DNA of 58,293 nucleotides, filler included, from Sphacelaria rigidula (GCA_964200075.2; 9 parts of 9 records of this genome joined end to end with filler, not necessarily neighbours in it), one strand, 5' to 3'; numbered from the whole stretch's first letter, positions 39,853 to 51,987 are shown. The notes: generated from the letters alone by a model not told the origin. Made by a program: numbers and translations.

Positions 39853-40261
39853 TTGCCCAAAGTCAGTATCGAGCCGTGGGGTATAAGGGGCAGGTTGCTA
39901 GCAAAACACATCGTGAACAACCGCAGGTAGATGTGCCCCGAACCATCCGTACCCCGCTTCGACATGTATATTGATCCGCAGAGGTTGGGGTCTTCACATA
40001 CAATCGTTCTAGGACAGGCCGGGTCTGTAGAGTTTACCAGTTGTTACGGGTTTGTTGGTCCGACTTCGATTTAGTTTGGGCACCGAATTCCGGATATTTA
40101 ACGGAGGCTGTGGTCCTAGCTGTGATCCTAGCGTGCGCATAACGCGTTCATGTCTATATCAGTGCCGTAGGCGCCGATTTGAGGTCTGGCCACGCACACT
40201 TTGCCAAGGAAACACTTCGCACGCCTCTTGCCCGAGAGTTCTCGGTAGGCCTTCGTGGGGG

Positions 40262-40305
40262 TCAGGGTTTGGATTAGGGTTAGGGTTCGGGTTTTCGGGT
40301 TAGGT
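40262..40305 (+). repeat. Degenerate interstitial TTAGGG-like repeat
   Basis: TCAGGGTTTGGATTAGGGTTAGGGTTCGGGTTTTCGGGTTAGG. Confidence 0.7.
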
Positions 40306-41750
40306 TCAGAGTTATTCGAAATCATTAACTTTCGAGAAAGTTCTTACACCTACCAAGTGGTCAACTAACCTCGGTCGGGTAGGATAAAACGCGATATTTT
40401 GGTATTTTGACACGTCGAACACACCAGGAGCTGTCCGGTGACCCTCTATTTAGACAATGTCATGGAGGACCACACCCTGTGCTCGGTGCGCTCACACCAC
40501 ACGCCCGTCTAACCTACAGTTACGGTGGTACTGGCTTCCTGTACACTTGCGTTGTCCTCTGTGCTGCACGTTTTATTTTTCTGTACTCTGCTGTATTGTA
40601 CCGACCTTGGCTGTATTGTACTGACCTTGGCATCCCGTAATTTTGATAAACCAGTTTGAATACACCTGCCTTTAGGTTTCTCTCGGTTTCCGAAATGATA
40701 GCTATCAACTCACAATTCAAACAGACCATTGTATGCCAAAATCGGTGGAATCAAAACGATTATTTCTGGACTTCTAAGCCCAAACTGTTGATGTAAACGC
40801 TGAACCACATGTGTTCGCCGGTGACCGAAGGAAGACGTGGGAAAAAATGTTCTCTCGGAGTAGATTGGTAGTCAAATGATATCAGAATGTTTCAAGGTCT
40901 TCTCCACTCCACATCAATAAGCCGTAAGTTTTCGTAATTGAAATCGTGGGAACAAAGAAGTTTCGAAAGTCTTGTGAATCTCTCCCGCAAAGGATCAAAT
41001 CGACACGTCGAAGCCTTTTTTCGAAATGTTTGGCGAGCATTTATTGTGTACTGCTGGCGTACTCCATGATGAGAGCTGCGGATCTCGACCCCTGCAGGTC
41101 ACTGCGCATGTTGGAGTGGGGGACGGATGATTTGGGGCGCATCTACCCGTGGTTTTACGTAACATGTGGTGCTAGCAGCCTCCCTCTTGTGCCCGACGCC
41201 ACAGTGCTGACTGACAACAGGACAAAGAGGTCTCCAGTGTAGGATATAGAGACAAAGTCATCATTTCTCTCTCTTTTGAATTGGCACCGCCGCTAATCCC
41301 CATCGCCGTTGGAACGAAACCTTTTCTCTCTCTCATGTTCGTAAGCTTTCAACGAAAAAACACACGTCTTCCGGTTATCAGCGTGAAATTGATCGGCGAC
41401 CGTACGCCCCAAATCGATTTCGGACCCGTTCCAAAAACGAAAAATTGTTCCTGATATCACGAACGTGCTATCCTGCGATTTCCGGAAGTCGCCCGATTTC
41501 AAAGCAACTTCATTTCAATTTTCTCATCTTTTCATTGCCAAGTCTACATGGCGTTTACGGCAAGCAGGAAACCAAGCTGGTGTGTATACGTATAGTTGGT
41601 TCTTCTGTCGTGATGGGAGTCCGCACTCTACAGGGTCTTCGTGGAGTGGAGATCCCTTTTTCGGCGGGTGCACCAGATGATGTTTCTGAGCGAAGCATGT
41701 GCTCCGGCTTGATTGTTGCCCAAAACAGACGCTGCCTTTCGTCTTCAAAG

Positions 41751-44700
41751 GGCAAGGACAACAAATTCTGAGCGAGGCGCAGTCGATGGGCGGGAGCGTG
41801 GCATCGGAACACGTGGGATTCATGGCAAAAGTTCGAGATGAGATGCAGGTTTGCCGTAAAGCAGCCGATCATCGGAATTGAAGATGGAGCTTTTCTTTGA
41901 GGATGAGAACCCGGAGGATGAAAACCTTCGAATCCACACCATATCTTGGAAATATGGTCCCATTTCTTCACCTACTTGTGGCTATTGACAACTGCTACAC
42001 GTCCTACAATTTGGATTCCGATCACCGAAATGTTGGGGGCCTAGATGAAGAAACAAGTTTGGGGAATCTAGATGATCCGGTCAGATCGCCAAAATTCCCC
42101 GAAATTGTTTTTTTTAATTTAATAGGGCCCCAACATTTCGGTTACAGAAATCCAAATTTGTATGGCGTGTAAAACTTGTCAACAGCTACCAGTAGGTGAA
42201 GGAATGGAACCATATTTCGAAGATTTGGTGTGGATACGAAGATTTAACCCTCCCGGTTCTCATCCCCAATGAAAAGCTCCATCCTCAACTCCGATGATCG
42301 GCCGTTACACTTTACATAGTTGTTGAGAACATCGGTTTTTTCCTCATATTTTCATTTTTGATTGAGTGATTTAATAACGTGTGTATCACTTGAGTAAACA
42401 AAGACCTACGGGTACCACTATTTGCTGTTGTCGATGTCGTCCTGATACCAAAGGAACTCCGTGGCTGGGCGATGGTTTCTTTGTTATATGTAGGCAAGAA
42501 GGGGATCAGGCGTAGAGTGGTCCACAGTGGACCATTTCCTCGGGGACGCTTGGCCACCGTAATCTCGAGCTCGTACCGGCACCACATTGGGTTGTCTAGG
42601 CTCGTCGGCTTTACAGGACCCGGGGTAGTCGGATCCTTCCGGGTCGTTGATACCCCGTACCTGCATGCGCTTGTCCTTCATACATCTGTGGCATCAATCT
42701 CTGATGTGTCACTGCAAAGAGCATTCTTCCACAATCTGATCGATCGATAGTCGCACACTAACTAATAGTATTGAATCGTATCCTCTCGCTTATGGGCAGA
42801 GGATTGAAGGAACGTGTTCCCAGCGTCTGGTGGTCAAACATTTCTAAGTACTCATCTACGACTCAGTTCGATCAGGTTCCCCATTTTTTAGTTGATGGAG
42901 CTTTGAGAATATCCAGAGATCCTATCGCATGCTGAGTCTATAAAGATGAAGTGTCAACCCCTTGTGCTCGTGGTTTCTTGAACTGAAAGTTCGCTTGTTT
43001 GCCTTCGGTTCACCTTTTCTTCAGGTCCTGCTTCGGGTGGTAAAGGGCAAGTGCACTCCGCAGGATAAGTACGTGCTGGTTGTCAGCATCGACAATCTCG
43101 ACCGATGTCCACCTCGCCAGATCATCAAGGTGCTGGAGACGGTACACCTTCTGTTCGCACAAGATGAGGTACATGTCCTACTATCTTACCAAACGGCACT
43201 AAACGTGCCTTCGAATCATGTGGGTTGTGTACCGAAGCCTCCACACCCCTCTTAACACAAGCTCTCGGAGAAGCCGCGCACTTTCCTGCAGAGCGCGAGG
43301 TAGGTTCTTCACCGGTTGCGCTGAAGAGCAAGTCTCGCTTATTCGGGCCATGTTCTAATTGATTTTATGATTCAGAACTTTCCCGCCCACTCTGCTCCTT
43401 CTGTGTGATCTGTATGTACATCCTGTCGGATTAGATAACCCGGGGGGTCTTGTCTCCCTGCGTCTAAAAGTTGTCTGTCCATAGGTACATAAAAATTCCC
43501 CCTGGAACCGCGTGTTTTGTGTCCCCACCTCTCTGCACGCTGCCCCTTCACGGTATTATACCGACATCATCCCACGCGCGACGGATTCAGCGAAGTCACG
43601 ATTGGCCACACCTTATTCTTGAAAATCAATGGGAGAGGAGTGTCCTTATCCTCCTGCACAGCAGAATGACAAAAGGTGGAGCCTTACCGAAGAACACCGT
43701 TCCGCAGCATCTCCATCAACACCCCACCTCTTGCTCTCGTATCCATCGCAGACCAACGTCGTGCTTATGTTGGCGTTCGATCCCCGGGTGATCATCGCTG
43801 CTATCGAGGCTGACATGGACCCCGAAATGCGCCACCAGGTAGTTACCGTTGTTGACTAACATATACTAAACACTCCGGTGAACATGTGGAAAAGTCACGG
43901 CTGTCTTGCTCGCTGAGGGCAGCGATCCAGACCGGAGGTGTATTGATTAACGTCGTCCGCTCTTCAACTACTGGAGAATAGTAGCTACGTAGCGCTGTGC
44001 GCCAGCCGACAGTGCTTCGATACTTGACAATGCTCTGATCACTCGTTTGACTACGTCCTATCACTCGCGGGGGGCCGTGTTCAGCCCATTTTTACGCAAT
44101 TGGCTGGCACATTTCAACTGTGCAAAGCAGACTGCAGAGAGCAAACCGCCGAACACGACGGCTCATCATGACTGAGTAACAGTGTCTGGATGACTTTTGG
44201 AAAACAAATGTTGGATCGCCAATTTTGAGCTCAAGTATTCCCTTCGTCTTGTTGCCTCCGTGTACGACACCCTACCAACGACGATGAATATATACTTCGC
44301 ACATGTGGCCCTTGTCGCTCGAAGGTGTCCGGCGCTGAGTACCTCGATAAGATCATTCACTGGCCGTTCTTCATCCCTTTGGGGACCAAGACGGAGCGCC
44401 TCCAGCTAGTAGGAACCTGTCTCCAAATGCCGTGGCTTGGTGAGTCTGTAGGTAAACGACGCCTTGCAGTGTTCTAATCTAGTGGCCGTAGCAATCGTGA
44501 CGATATTCGCACTCGATTCATCGTCGATGTATATCGCTCTTGTGGGGAGAGGAGGACGTGCGATGTGTGTGGCCTTTCGTGCATCAGTCGGGGACGTTGG
44601 TACCCAGGGGGAGTAGTTTGGGGAGGCGTCAATACGAATTCCTCGATCGATAGGTAAGGCGAGGACCTCGTATCTACGTCAATGGCCGAAAATGTGTTCC

Positions 44701-45201
44701 GTGAAGAAGAGTACCGCAGTGCTACTCATGCCCCCGAATCGAAACCTTCAGACGGATGAGGTGGCCAGCGGTTCAGCTGATGATTATGATATATATAGGT
44801 ACACCGGTCAGCAATGCGCCGACCATGATGTTGCAGCTATGAAAACCAACCGAACTTCAACGCCTTTTTCGAAAACTAGGGAATGCGAACACCCGTCAGC
44901 GTTGTGTTTCCCTTCCCCACACCTGCGATATTGCATCGGTATACATCCCACCCCATGCACGACCCTCACCCCACCCCTGAACACCTGCTGCTTCTTGACA
45001 AAAAAATGATGTAGGATCTTCAGGGTTCGGTACCACCCCTACCCGGGGCATCCTCGAGCTGCCTGAGGCAGACACCAATGCACAGCACGCCTCCATCCCT
45101 CCGTCACGTCGAAGGTACGCACCTCACGAGCTTGAGGAGTTTCGAGCCCTCGTGGACGCCGTCGTCACTACCCCTCGCAAGATCAAGCGTGTCTGCAACA
45201 T
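41751..45201 (+). CDS. KAP-family P-loop NTPase (Kidins220/ARMS/PifA family), C-terminal half, partial at both ends
   Basis: GT-AG exons with compatible phases: 41751-41848 (EHVGFMAKVRDEMQ), 42494-42558, 42800-42875, 43025-43168 (YVLVVSIDNLDRCPPRQIIKVLETVHLLF; Walker B), 43752-43838 (VVLMLAFDPRVIIAAIE), 44325-44439 (GAEYLDKIIHWPFFIP) and 45015-45201 (TPRKIKRVCN). The motif order matches KAP NTPases. Exons 2 and 3 are less certain. Confidence 0.9.
41860..42305. mobile_element. Palindromic MITE (996-1436 family) in a KAP-gene intron
   Basis: CAGCCGATCATCGGAATTGAAGATGGAGCTTT...AAAGCTCCATCCTCAACTCCGATGATCGGCCG. Confidence 0.9.
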
Positions 45202-45418
45202 GTGAGTGGGGCTTTGTGGAGATTATTTTCGCGACAGCAAGGGTCGAGCGGGGAGAGATGGGGATGAACGGGTTCGCACCAGCGCGTTTCGGGGGGGGGG
45301 GAGGGGGGGACTAGTGAGNNNNNNNNNNNNNNNNNNNNNNNNNNNNNNNNNNNNNNNNNNNNTTAATTAATTAANNNNNNNNNNNNNNNNNNNNNNNNNN
45401 NNNNNNNNNNNNNNNNNN

Positions 45419-48113
45419 CCGCACCTCGGTGATGAACCGACCGCATGTGAGCGCCCACCATCAAGCGAGTTTGTAGAACCTTATCATCCGACGGAATCCA
45501 CAAAACATCACTGCTGCCAACACGCACGCGAAACAAACCATCGTCAGCTAAGGCGGCTTGATCGAAAGTCGTAGGAAAAGATTGAACACCGTCGCCGACT
45601 GTTTTGCGCTGCGCGGTACGAACGACATCTAACGAGGGCAGCGAATCATCCGCATCACATGGGCTGTACACGGCAACAGAACGAACAGGCACGGTAGGAA
45701 GGTTCACCCAGCGAGACAACAAATCTCCCCAACAATTGTCCTCTCCAGGAATGTGTTCAATGATATACCGATATTGGCCGAGCACTCTTTTCCAATTTTC
45801 AAGTCGTTGCACCATGGCCTTCGTCACCGACGTGGCACACTCTTCGGGATTAAACATGTATTTCAGATTGCGATGATCAGTGAAAATGCGAACACCACCC
45901 CAAAGCAAGTAATCTAGCCTTCGAAATGTATTGACTATCGCGAAACCTTCTTTGTCCACTGTCGCCCACCGCAACTGTGAACCCTTGAAGTTGCCACTCA
46001 GAAAAGCCAACGGTTCGTGTGACATATTTTCGAGCGCACTGCCACTACTAAACTCGGCGACAAGCACTTGCGTTCAAAACCTACCCCAGTGGAAATCCGA
46101 AGCATCTGGAAACATTAGAACAGCGCACCCTGGGAGAGGATGATACAGCGGCACGGCTTGCGCCACCAAATATTGCGCAGCACACCGTGCCCGCATACGA
46201 TCCTCCGTCCAAGCGCCCTCCGGGATGATACGATTACGCGCCACCCACTTGGTACGACGCGAAGCTCCGACCATATATTGTTCCAAAAACGCACGAAGCG
46301 GCGCAACTACTTCAACCATGCGCGGGAGCGAAGTCCGCAACCAATTGAACGCCTGCAGAAACCACATCAGCTTACTAACGGTTTGAGGACGTCGCATACT
46401 GCTCAAACCTTGGATGCGGACGGGATCATGCGAAACAGTACCCTTGGGGTACACCTTACCACACCAAACCACTTCGCGGGCAAAAAAGGTGCAATTATGC
46501 GCAGCGACGAACAGACGAACACTCTCCAAGCGGCCAAGGATTCCGTCAAGCAAAGCTAACAATGCTTTTTCGGTTTCAGCAAAATAGAAAACGTCATCCA
46601 CCCACACTTTACAGTTCAGACCTCGCAAAATGTCAGTCAGCACACCTTGGAAATACGCCGTGGCGTTCAACACGCCCTGCGGGACACGAGCAGGCGTAAA
46701 CAAACCGTCAGGTGTGACGATCGTGAAGATATCCTGAGCTATCCTGAGCTTCCGACGTCAGAGGCATCTGCAAATACCCCTGTACAGGGCCAACTTGCCG
46801 AAGCATTGGGCTCCCAGCAACTCCCGCATGTCTTCTTGGCTTGGCATCACGCCCGGAGGCTGTTCCACCTGCGCGCTTACCGCCTGCTAGTCGCTGACCG
46901 AAGGGAATGCGTCCCTCTTCGGCACCGCCATCACAGGACTCGCCCACACAGCCTGGATGATCCTAACCACTACATCAAACGCCACCAAAGCTGCGATGCA
47001 TGAAGCAAGCCACCCGGTCTTCACCGGATCGTAGCGTCGGGGCTTGGCCTGTACAGCCTTTGCCTGCGGCTTCAGTTGCACCCCTATGGGCGCTACGCGC
47101 GCTGGCGGATCACCACGCAGCGCGCGACGAAATGTATCCACGCGACGAGCCAGTATCACGCTGACGATATGCGCCATCGGCGCTCAGGCCCTTCTGCTCG
47201 GCCTGCTGCACGCTATCCTCTAGCGCACGTTCTCTTACAAGTCTCTGCTCCGCTGGGTCCATGAACATGTCGGGCCCCCGATCGACCAAGCGCTCCACCG
47301 CTTCATCCGCAGGAGCCTCTTCCTCATTGGCGCTCTGGAATGATCGCATGGATACGGTCACACGCCTCGCAGCAAGATAGCTGGGATTTTCCACGCCAAT
47401 TTGCACCACAGCACGCGGACGTAACTTCTCCAACGCCAACGGATACAAATCAACCCCGAGCTCCGTCATCGTCGCCATCCCAAACAGAACCACGTTGTCT
47501 CTACCGGGCATGACAGCGAACTTGATGGGCTGCAACTCCACAGCCCCCCACGGCGTACGCACGCTAACAGCAATCGGCACCGTTCATGTATGACCGTCAC
47601 GGACTCATGCCGAGATAGCCCCCCCACAGCAAAGTGCACGTGAGACGGTGCGACAAAACGGCTGCGATCCCACTATATGTGCTCGTTTCCAGCAATTTCG
47701 CCCACACATGAGAGGCGTGGAGCAGTTCGACATTAGCTATTACGCCCAAATAAGTCGCGTCGTGCAGCACGAAACCACCTTTAACGGCATTTATGATCAT
47801 CGCCTCCGTGCACGTTTTTGCCGGTTCGGGGGGGGGGCTATCTCGGCAGCAGTCCACCGGAGCACCCGTGACGGTCTGTGTCATTTGCAGTCCATTTTCG
47901 AACGGAATCTGCAGCTGAGCCGCCAAACTGCGAAGACATTTGTTCTAGCAACCCCACACCGATTGATGTGAGCGCGGACCCACAATCCAGAATAACGCGG
48001 GCCATGAACGAACCTACGGAATCAGGCAAGGAAAGATCTGCTCGTGAACATTCTTCCTTGCGATCGATAGGTACCGCACCTGCCGAGAAACCCTGGTCGG
48101 TACCACGAGTCAC
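45419..48113 (-). pseudogene. pol: Gypsy pol (protease, RT, RNase H, start of integrase), frameshifted
   Basis: ORF pieces 47838-48113, 47110-47580, 46887-47177, 46708-46947, 46074-46703 and 45419-46067 lie in shifting frames. Confidence 0.9.
47592..47876. mobile_element. MITE inserted in the Gypsy protease region
   Basis: GACCGTCACGG...TGCCGAGATAGCCCCCCC...GTGCACG on the left mirrors CGTGCAC...GGGGGGGCTATCTCGGCA...CCGTGACGGTC on the right. Confidence 0.75.
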
Positions 48114-48424
48114 CTATCGCCAGGGCTGCGCTCCAGTACTGAGCATCGGTGATTGAGAATCGGCGGCCCACCCGGACCACGTCGCCGAATATGCAGACGA
48201 CGCTGTTACAGCCGTCACACCAGTAGGAAATGCACAAGACACGGATCCTGCCTAGCCAAGGGGTTGCGAACTATTCGCTCCAGGACTCCCCACCGAATGA
48301 TGTACATTTCCCACGTATACTGTCCGTCCCGACACGGACGAACCATGAGATCCAGAGTCACCACCTGATGACGTAGTCGAAACCAACAGCAGCGAATGAA
48401 CCAACATCCGCCGCCGATTTCTTG

Positions 48425-49296
48425 CTACCGCGGCCGCCGCGCGTTGGCACGGTCCCGTTCACCGTGACGGCCGCCTCGAGATCCTGATGAATCTCGCGCA
48501 TTGCCCTGTGCAGCGCCTTGATCGCGAGACTTGGGGCAGTTCTTAATCAGGTGTCTGTTGTCTCCGCAGTTGTAACACGCGCGACAGGACGACGCTCGCG
48601 AAGACGACTGCTGTTTCTGTTGCTGTTGTTGTTTGTGGCGTGCACCACCTGCACTTGCCGCAGAATCGCGCCGGCCATGCGCCTCAATGAGATTCCAGTG
48701 GTCGGCGGCATCAAATATTTCGTAGAGCACCGCCGTCGGATTCTTTTTCAAGCCGTCTACGTTTTTCAGTACGCTTCTAACATTCGCCTTGAATGCCGGA
48801 GGCGAAATCGCGTCCACCAAAGCTGTGAAAACCAACTCGGCCGGGCCTAGCAACCAGCTCCTGTCCTCCGCACGGGAAACGCTTCCATCGATGAGTGAAT
48901 CATCATCGCTCGTTCCTTGATGGACATTCCACCGCTTTGCTGCATAGTAAGAACTCTACGCAGGTCTGCTGCAGCCAGCGCAGTGTCACGCTTGCAGCCG
49001 GTTGTGCTGTACCCGGCATGCTGCTTCGCAGCATGTAGCAATTTGTCGGGGGTCGCAACCCGACAGTCCTTGTACATACCTTCGAAGCACCAATGAATGT
49101 ATGTAGGGATGAGTTGACCTAATCTCAACCTTGCATGCCTTACAACTCCTTGAGCATTTGCAAGATACAACATCTTTATGTAGTCGAGATATGCTGCGTA
49201 AAAAACTCTTGATGCCTCCTCGGTCCACACCTCGCTATACTTTGGCGGGTCTAGCGGCTCACCTAACACCAGCGGCGCTGCCGCCGCTTGAGCCAT
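48425..49296 (-). pseudogene. gag: Gypsy gag with CCHC zinc knuckle, frameshifted
   Basis: ORFs 48847-49296 (MAQAAAAPLVLGEP...) and 48425-48853 (CYNCGDNRHLIKNCP). Confidence 0.85.
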
Positions 49297-49488
49297 GTAG
49301 TCTAGGATTCAAACACTTCACGGAGAGCCTCTTGCCTGACTCGTGCGTCCTCCAGCCCACGGAGCGTCCTCCACTGCTGTGCGCTTCAAGTTTTCTCCTG
49401 CCGTTTGCGGGCCAAACTGCTTCCAGCTGCGGCCCCTTCTTCTCAGCCAAAATCCTCCAACAGAGTGCCGAAAATAATATTTAGATAT

Positions 49489-49800
49489 TGCAGCCTCTAC
49501 CAGATGATCTGCACAAGAGGACTTTCAACGAGGGACTCCTCCAGTATCACTGGCCTCATGCTCGACAAGTCCTTTCTTCTAAGTTGTTATTCTTACGGAG
49601 TGATCCTCAACAGATCACGAGCCAGACAGCAAGGGGCCACACAGAAAAGGACCATCAATCCAGGATCCCCTGCTCCCTGCAACTGCTCCAATCGTGCGAT
49701 TATGCTGAAACCTACGGCTCGGTATCATTTGGCTTCAGACTTTATAAATCTTGAAGAAAAAATAAGCGGGGGCAAGGTTCGGATCTTGTCGAGAATCCAT
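49489..49800 (-). promoter_or_regulatory. Candidate primer-binding site and 5' LTR remnant
   Basis: Minus strand reads ...TCA-TC-TGGTAGAGGCTGCA at 49507-49489, with TATAAA near 49745. No second LTR is available to confirm. Confidence 0.35.
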
Positions 49801-49801
49801 A

Positions 49802-49990
49802 CATAAGTCGACCCTCGAAATTGAAAATGGAGCTTTTCATTGAGGACGATAACCCGGAAAATTCAAATCTTCGCATCCACACCAATTCTTCTTCGAAATA
49901 TGGTCATATTCCTTCGTCGGCTGGTAGCTATTGACTACTACTACATGCCATAGAAATGTGGATACCGAAATTCGGGGTCTGAGGTGGAAA
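49802..49990. mobile_element. Half copy of the 996-1436 palindromic MITE family
   Basis: TCGAAATTGAAAATGGAGCTTTTCATTGAGGA...CTTCGAAATATGGT...TAGCTATTGAC. Confidence 0.7.
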
Positions 49991-50087
49991 ATAAAATGTT
50001 GGGAGTATACGTGACCCCACAAAATGGCGTGGGCAGCTCCATCCGATAGACGCACAAATGCATTACGAAAACCATGACCTGAAACGT

Positions 50088-50310
50088 TGTGGTGCGTGAG
50101 AGGACCGCGTGCTTAGGGGACCGCGTCAAAGTTCGAACCACCTCAGGATCGACGTCTTCTTAAACCGATTGGGCTAGTTCCTGCAGGGATCACGCCCCCG
50201 ACCCTACCCCCAACAATAAACCTAACCCTAACCCTAACCCTAACCCTATCCATGGAGATGTTCAAATTCTGATGCGGCCCTCTAAGCACGCGGTCCTCTC
50301 ACGCATGACA
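50088..50310. mobile_element. MITE carrying internal (CCCTAA)n
   Basis: TGTGGTGCGTGAGAGGACCGCGTGCTTAG...CTAAGCACGCGGTCCTCTCACGCATGACA, with internal CCTAACCCTAACCCTAACCCTAACCCTA at 50221-50248. Confidence 0.85.
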
Positions 50311-50669
50311 AGGTCTAGAGCTATCAAATCGACACATACATGATGAAATGTCATAACATGCTCGTGCTCATATATTACAGACATAAATAAATGGTTGTCG
50401 TCCGCCGATTTTTCTTGAAAAATAAATAGGACGCTTCCCCCCCCCCCAGGGAACACGAAGCCGTGCCGTAAGTGCACAACACCGAGTCAGAAGTGAAACA
50501 CACCCTCCTCGTATACGCATACCCCGCCTGAGAGAGAGACAGCACTCACACAACCCCCGAGGTCCTGGGGTAAGCTGGTGTGACCTGTTTGCGGATGTGC
50601 GGGCTACGGGACACACTGCTGTCTTACAACGAGCGTGAGAGCAAGAACTCCGCAATGTGACCCGACGAC

Positions 50670-51335
50670 AGCATACATCTTCCACGGCTGTACTCGCCAC
50701 CACAGACCCTAACTCCTCAAGTACGGATCTGCAGCGGTAGCTTGTGGTACCAACTACTGCTGTGGATCCGCGCAAGGGATGAGTCATGAAGAGCAGCAGT
50801 CCGCAGCGGTACGATACCTCCAGAACTACGCAATCTACGCACGGAAAGCCAGCAGCAGCGAACAACATCTTCCACTGCCGTACTCGCCATGACAGATCCA
50901 AACCTTCTCACTGCTGTACTCGCCACTCGACCTCTCCTGTACCTTCACGGGTGCTATGAGTAGAAGACAGCCTAAAAAGGGTGTGATGCGTGTTGATATG
51001 CTTTTGTCACTTGCAGGGAACGATTTATTTTCGAGAGCCGCAGCAGTACGCAGCAGTACCTCCTCCACAACTACGCAATCTGCACCCACAGCAAATATCT
51101 TGTAGTGTTGTACTCGCCACCACAGACCCTAACCTGCTCAAGTATGGGTCTCCAGCAGTAGCCAATGGTACCAGCTACTGCTGTTGATTGAGTGATTGAT
51201 TGATTGTCGCACTTGAACTGACCCCCCAGGGGTCCAGCTGAGGTCTCATGGTAGACGTACCCAAGGAAAACGAAACTATGGACCCGCAATATAGGAGGTT
51301 AGGGTCTGTGATGGCGAGCACGGCAGTGTATGCTT
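50670..51335. repeat. Cluster of direct and inverted GTACTCGCCACCACAGACCCTAAC modules
   Basis: Copies near 50690, 50880, 50915 and 51110, and an inverted copy near 51298-51325. Confidence 0.7.
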
Positions 51336-51911
51336 CCTGTCGTCGGTCCGGATTTGCGGAGTTCTGACCCACTGCTGCGGCTCTCGATAACTCCGCCCTA
51401 CTAAATTCGAAAGATCGAGTTGATCAGATGATCTTGCAGCAACCACAGCCCCTTGCTGTGTGCTCAAACAGCTTACTGCCCCGCTTGCACCAACTGGGAA
51501 GAAGAAGATGATGTGTTGTAAGTCTTTGTTGTTACTATCCACAGGTAGGAAATTGGGTGAATAGAGGTGAGATAGACGAGTGAGAGAGTAGGGCGCAGAG
51601 CGCTAGCCTGCCATGACAGCCTGCATTCCAAAACCTACAGAGTCGCAAGATCCGCTATACCGTTCCCAAAATATAGAACTCGGAAAAGTTTGCTTTTCTC
51701 TAGAGTGATCCTACGATAGGGGGGGGGGGGGGGGGCGGGCCCCTTCTTTCACGAAATTCCGAGTCAAAACAGCGGTGAAAGAAACAACGGTTGTTTAAAC
51801 GAGGTTNNNNNNNNNNNNNNNNNNNNNNNNNNNNNNNNNNNNNNNNNNNNTTAATTAATTAANNNNNNNNNNNNNNNNNNNNNNNNNNNNNNNNNNNNNN
51901 NNNNNNTAGGG

Positions 51912-51987
51912 ATGCGAGATCAATGGTCTGATGACTATGGCATGCACCATCATGAGTACACCCCTCCCCCCTATCGTAGCATGACTC
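51912..51987 (+). mobile_element. Short LINE 3' end whose C-tail merges into a MITE terminus
   Basis: GATCAATGGTCTGATGACTATGGCATGCACCATCATGAGTAC-ACCCCTCCCCC-CTATCGTAGCATGACTC. Confidence 0.8.

Larger units (their letters stand above)
45419..49800 (-). mobile_element. Degenerate Ty3/Gypsy LTR retrotransposon, 3' end cut by the contig end
   Basis: Order gag - protease - RT - RNase H - integrase start: CYNCGDNRHLIKNC, ILDCGS, WASPVMAVPK, GYLQMPL, PARVPQGVLNATAYFQ, VWVDDV, FPDASD, DKEGFAIV, FTDHRNL, HIPGEDNCWGDLLSR, AHMRSVHHRG. Many frameshifts. Confidence 0.95.

Noticed and set aside
40235..40270. Possible broken KAP Walker A (FSVGL / SWGSG)
   Set aside because: It needs a frameshift, lacks the GKS lysine, and the GSG part comes from the adjacent TTAGGG-like repeat.
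43085..43110. Walker B DN in place of DD as a sign of a catalytically dead KAP
   Set aside because: The second position varies among KAP NTPases; no conclusion is possible without an alignment.
45201..45500. Gypsy element apparently inserted in or next to the KAP gene, or a gene cluster of SMT, KAP and EF-hand
   Set aside because: They lie on different contigs separated by artificial spacers.
50221..50248. Chromosome end (true telomere)
   Set aside because: Only about four units, internal to a TIR-bounded element in mid-contig.
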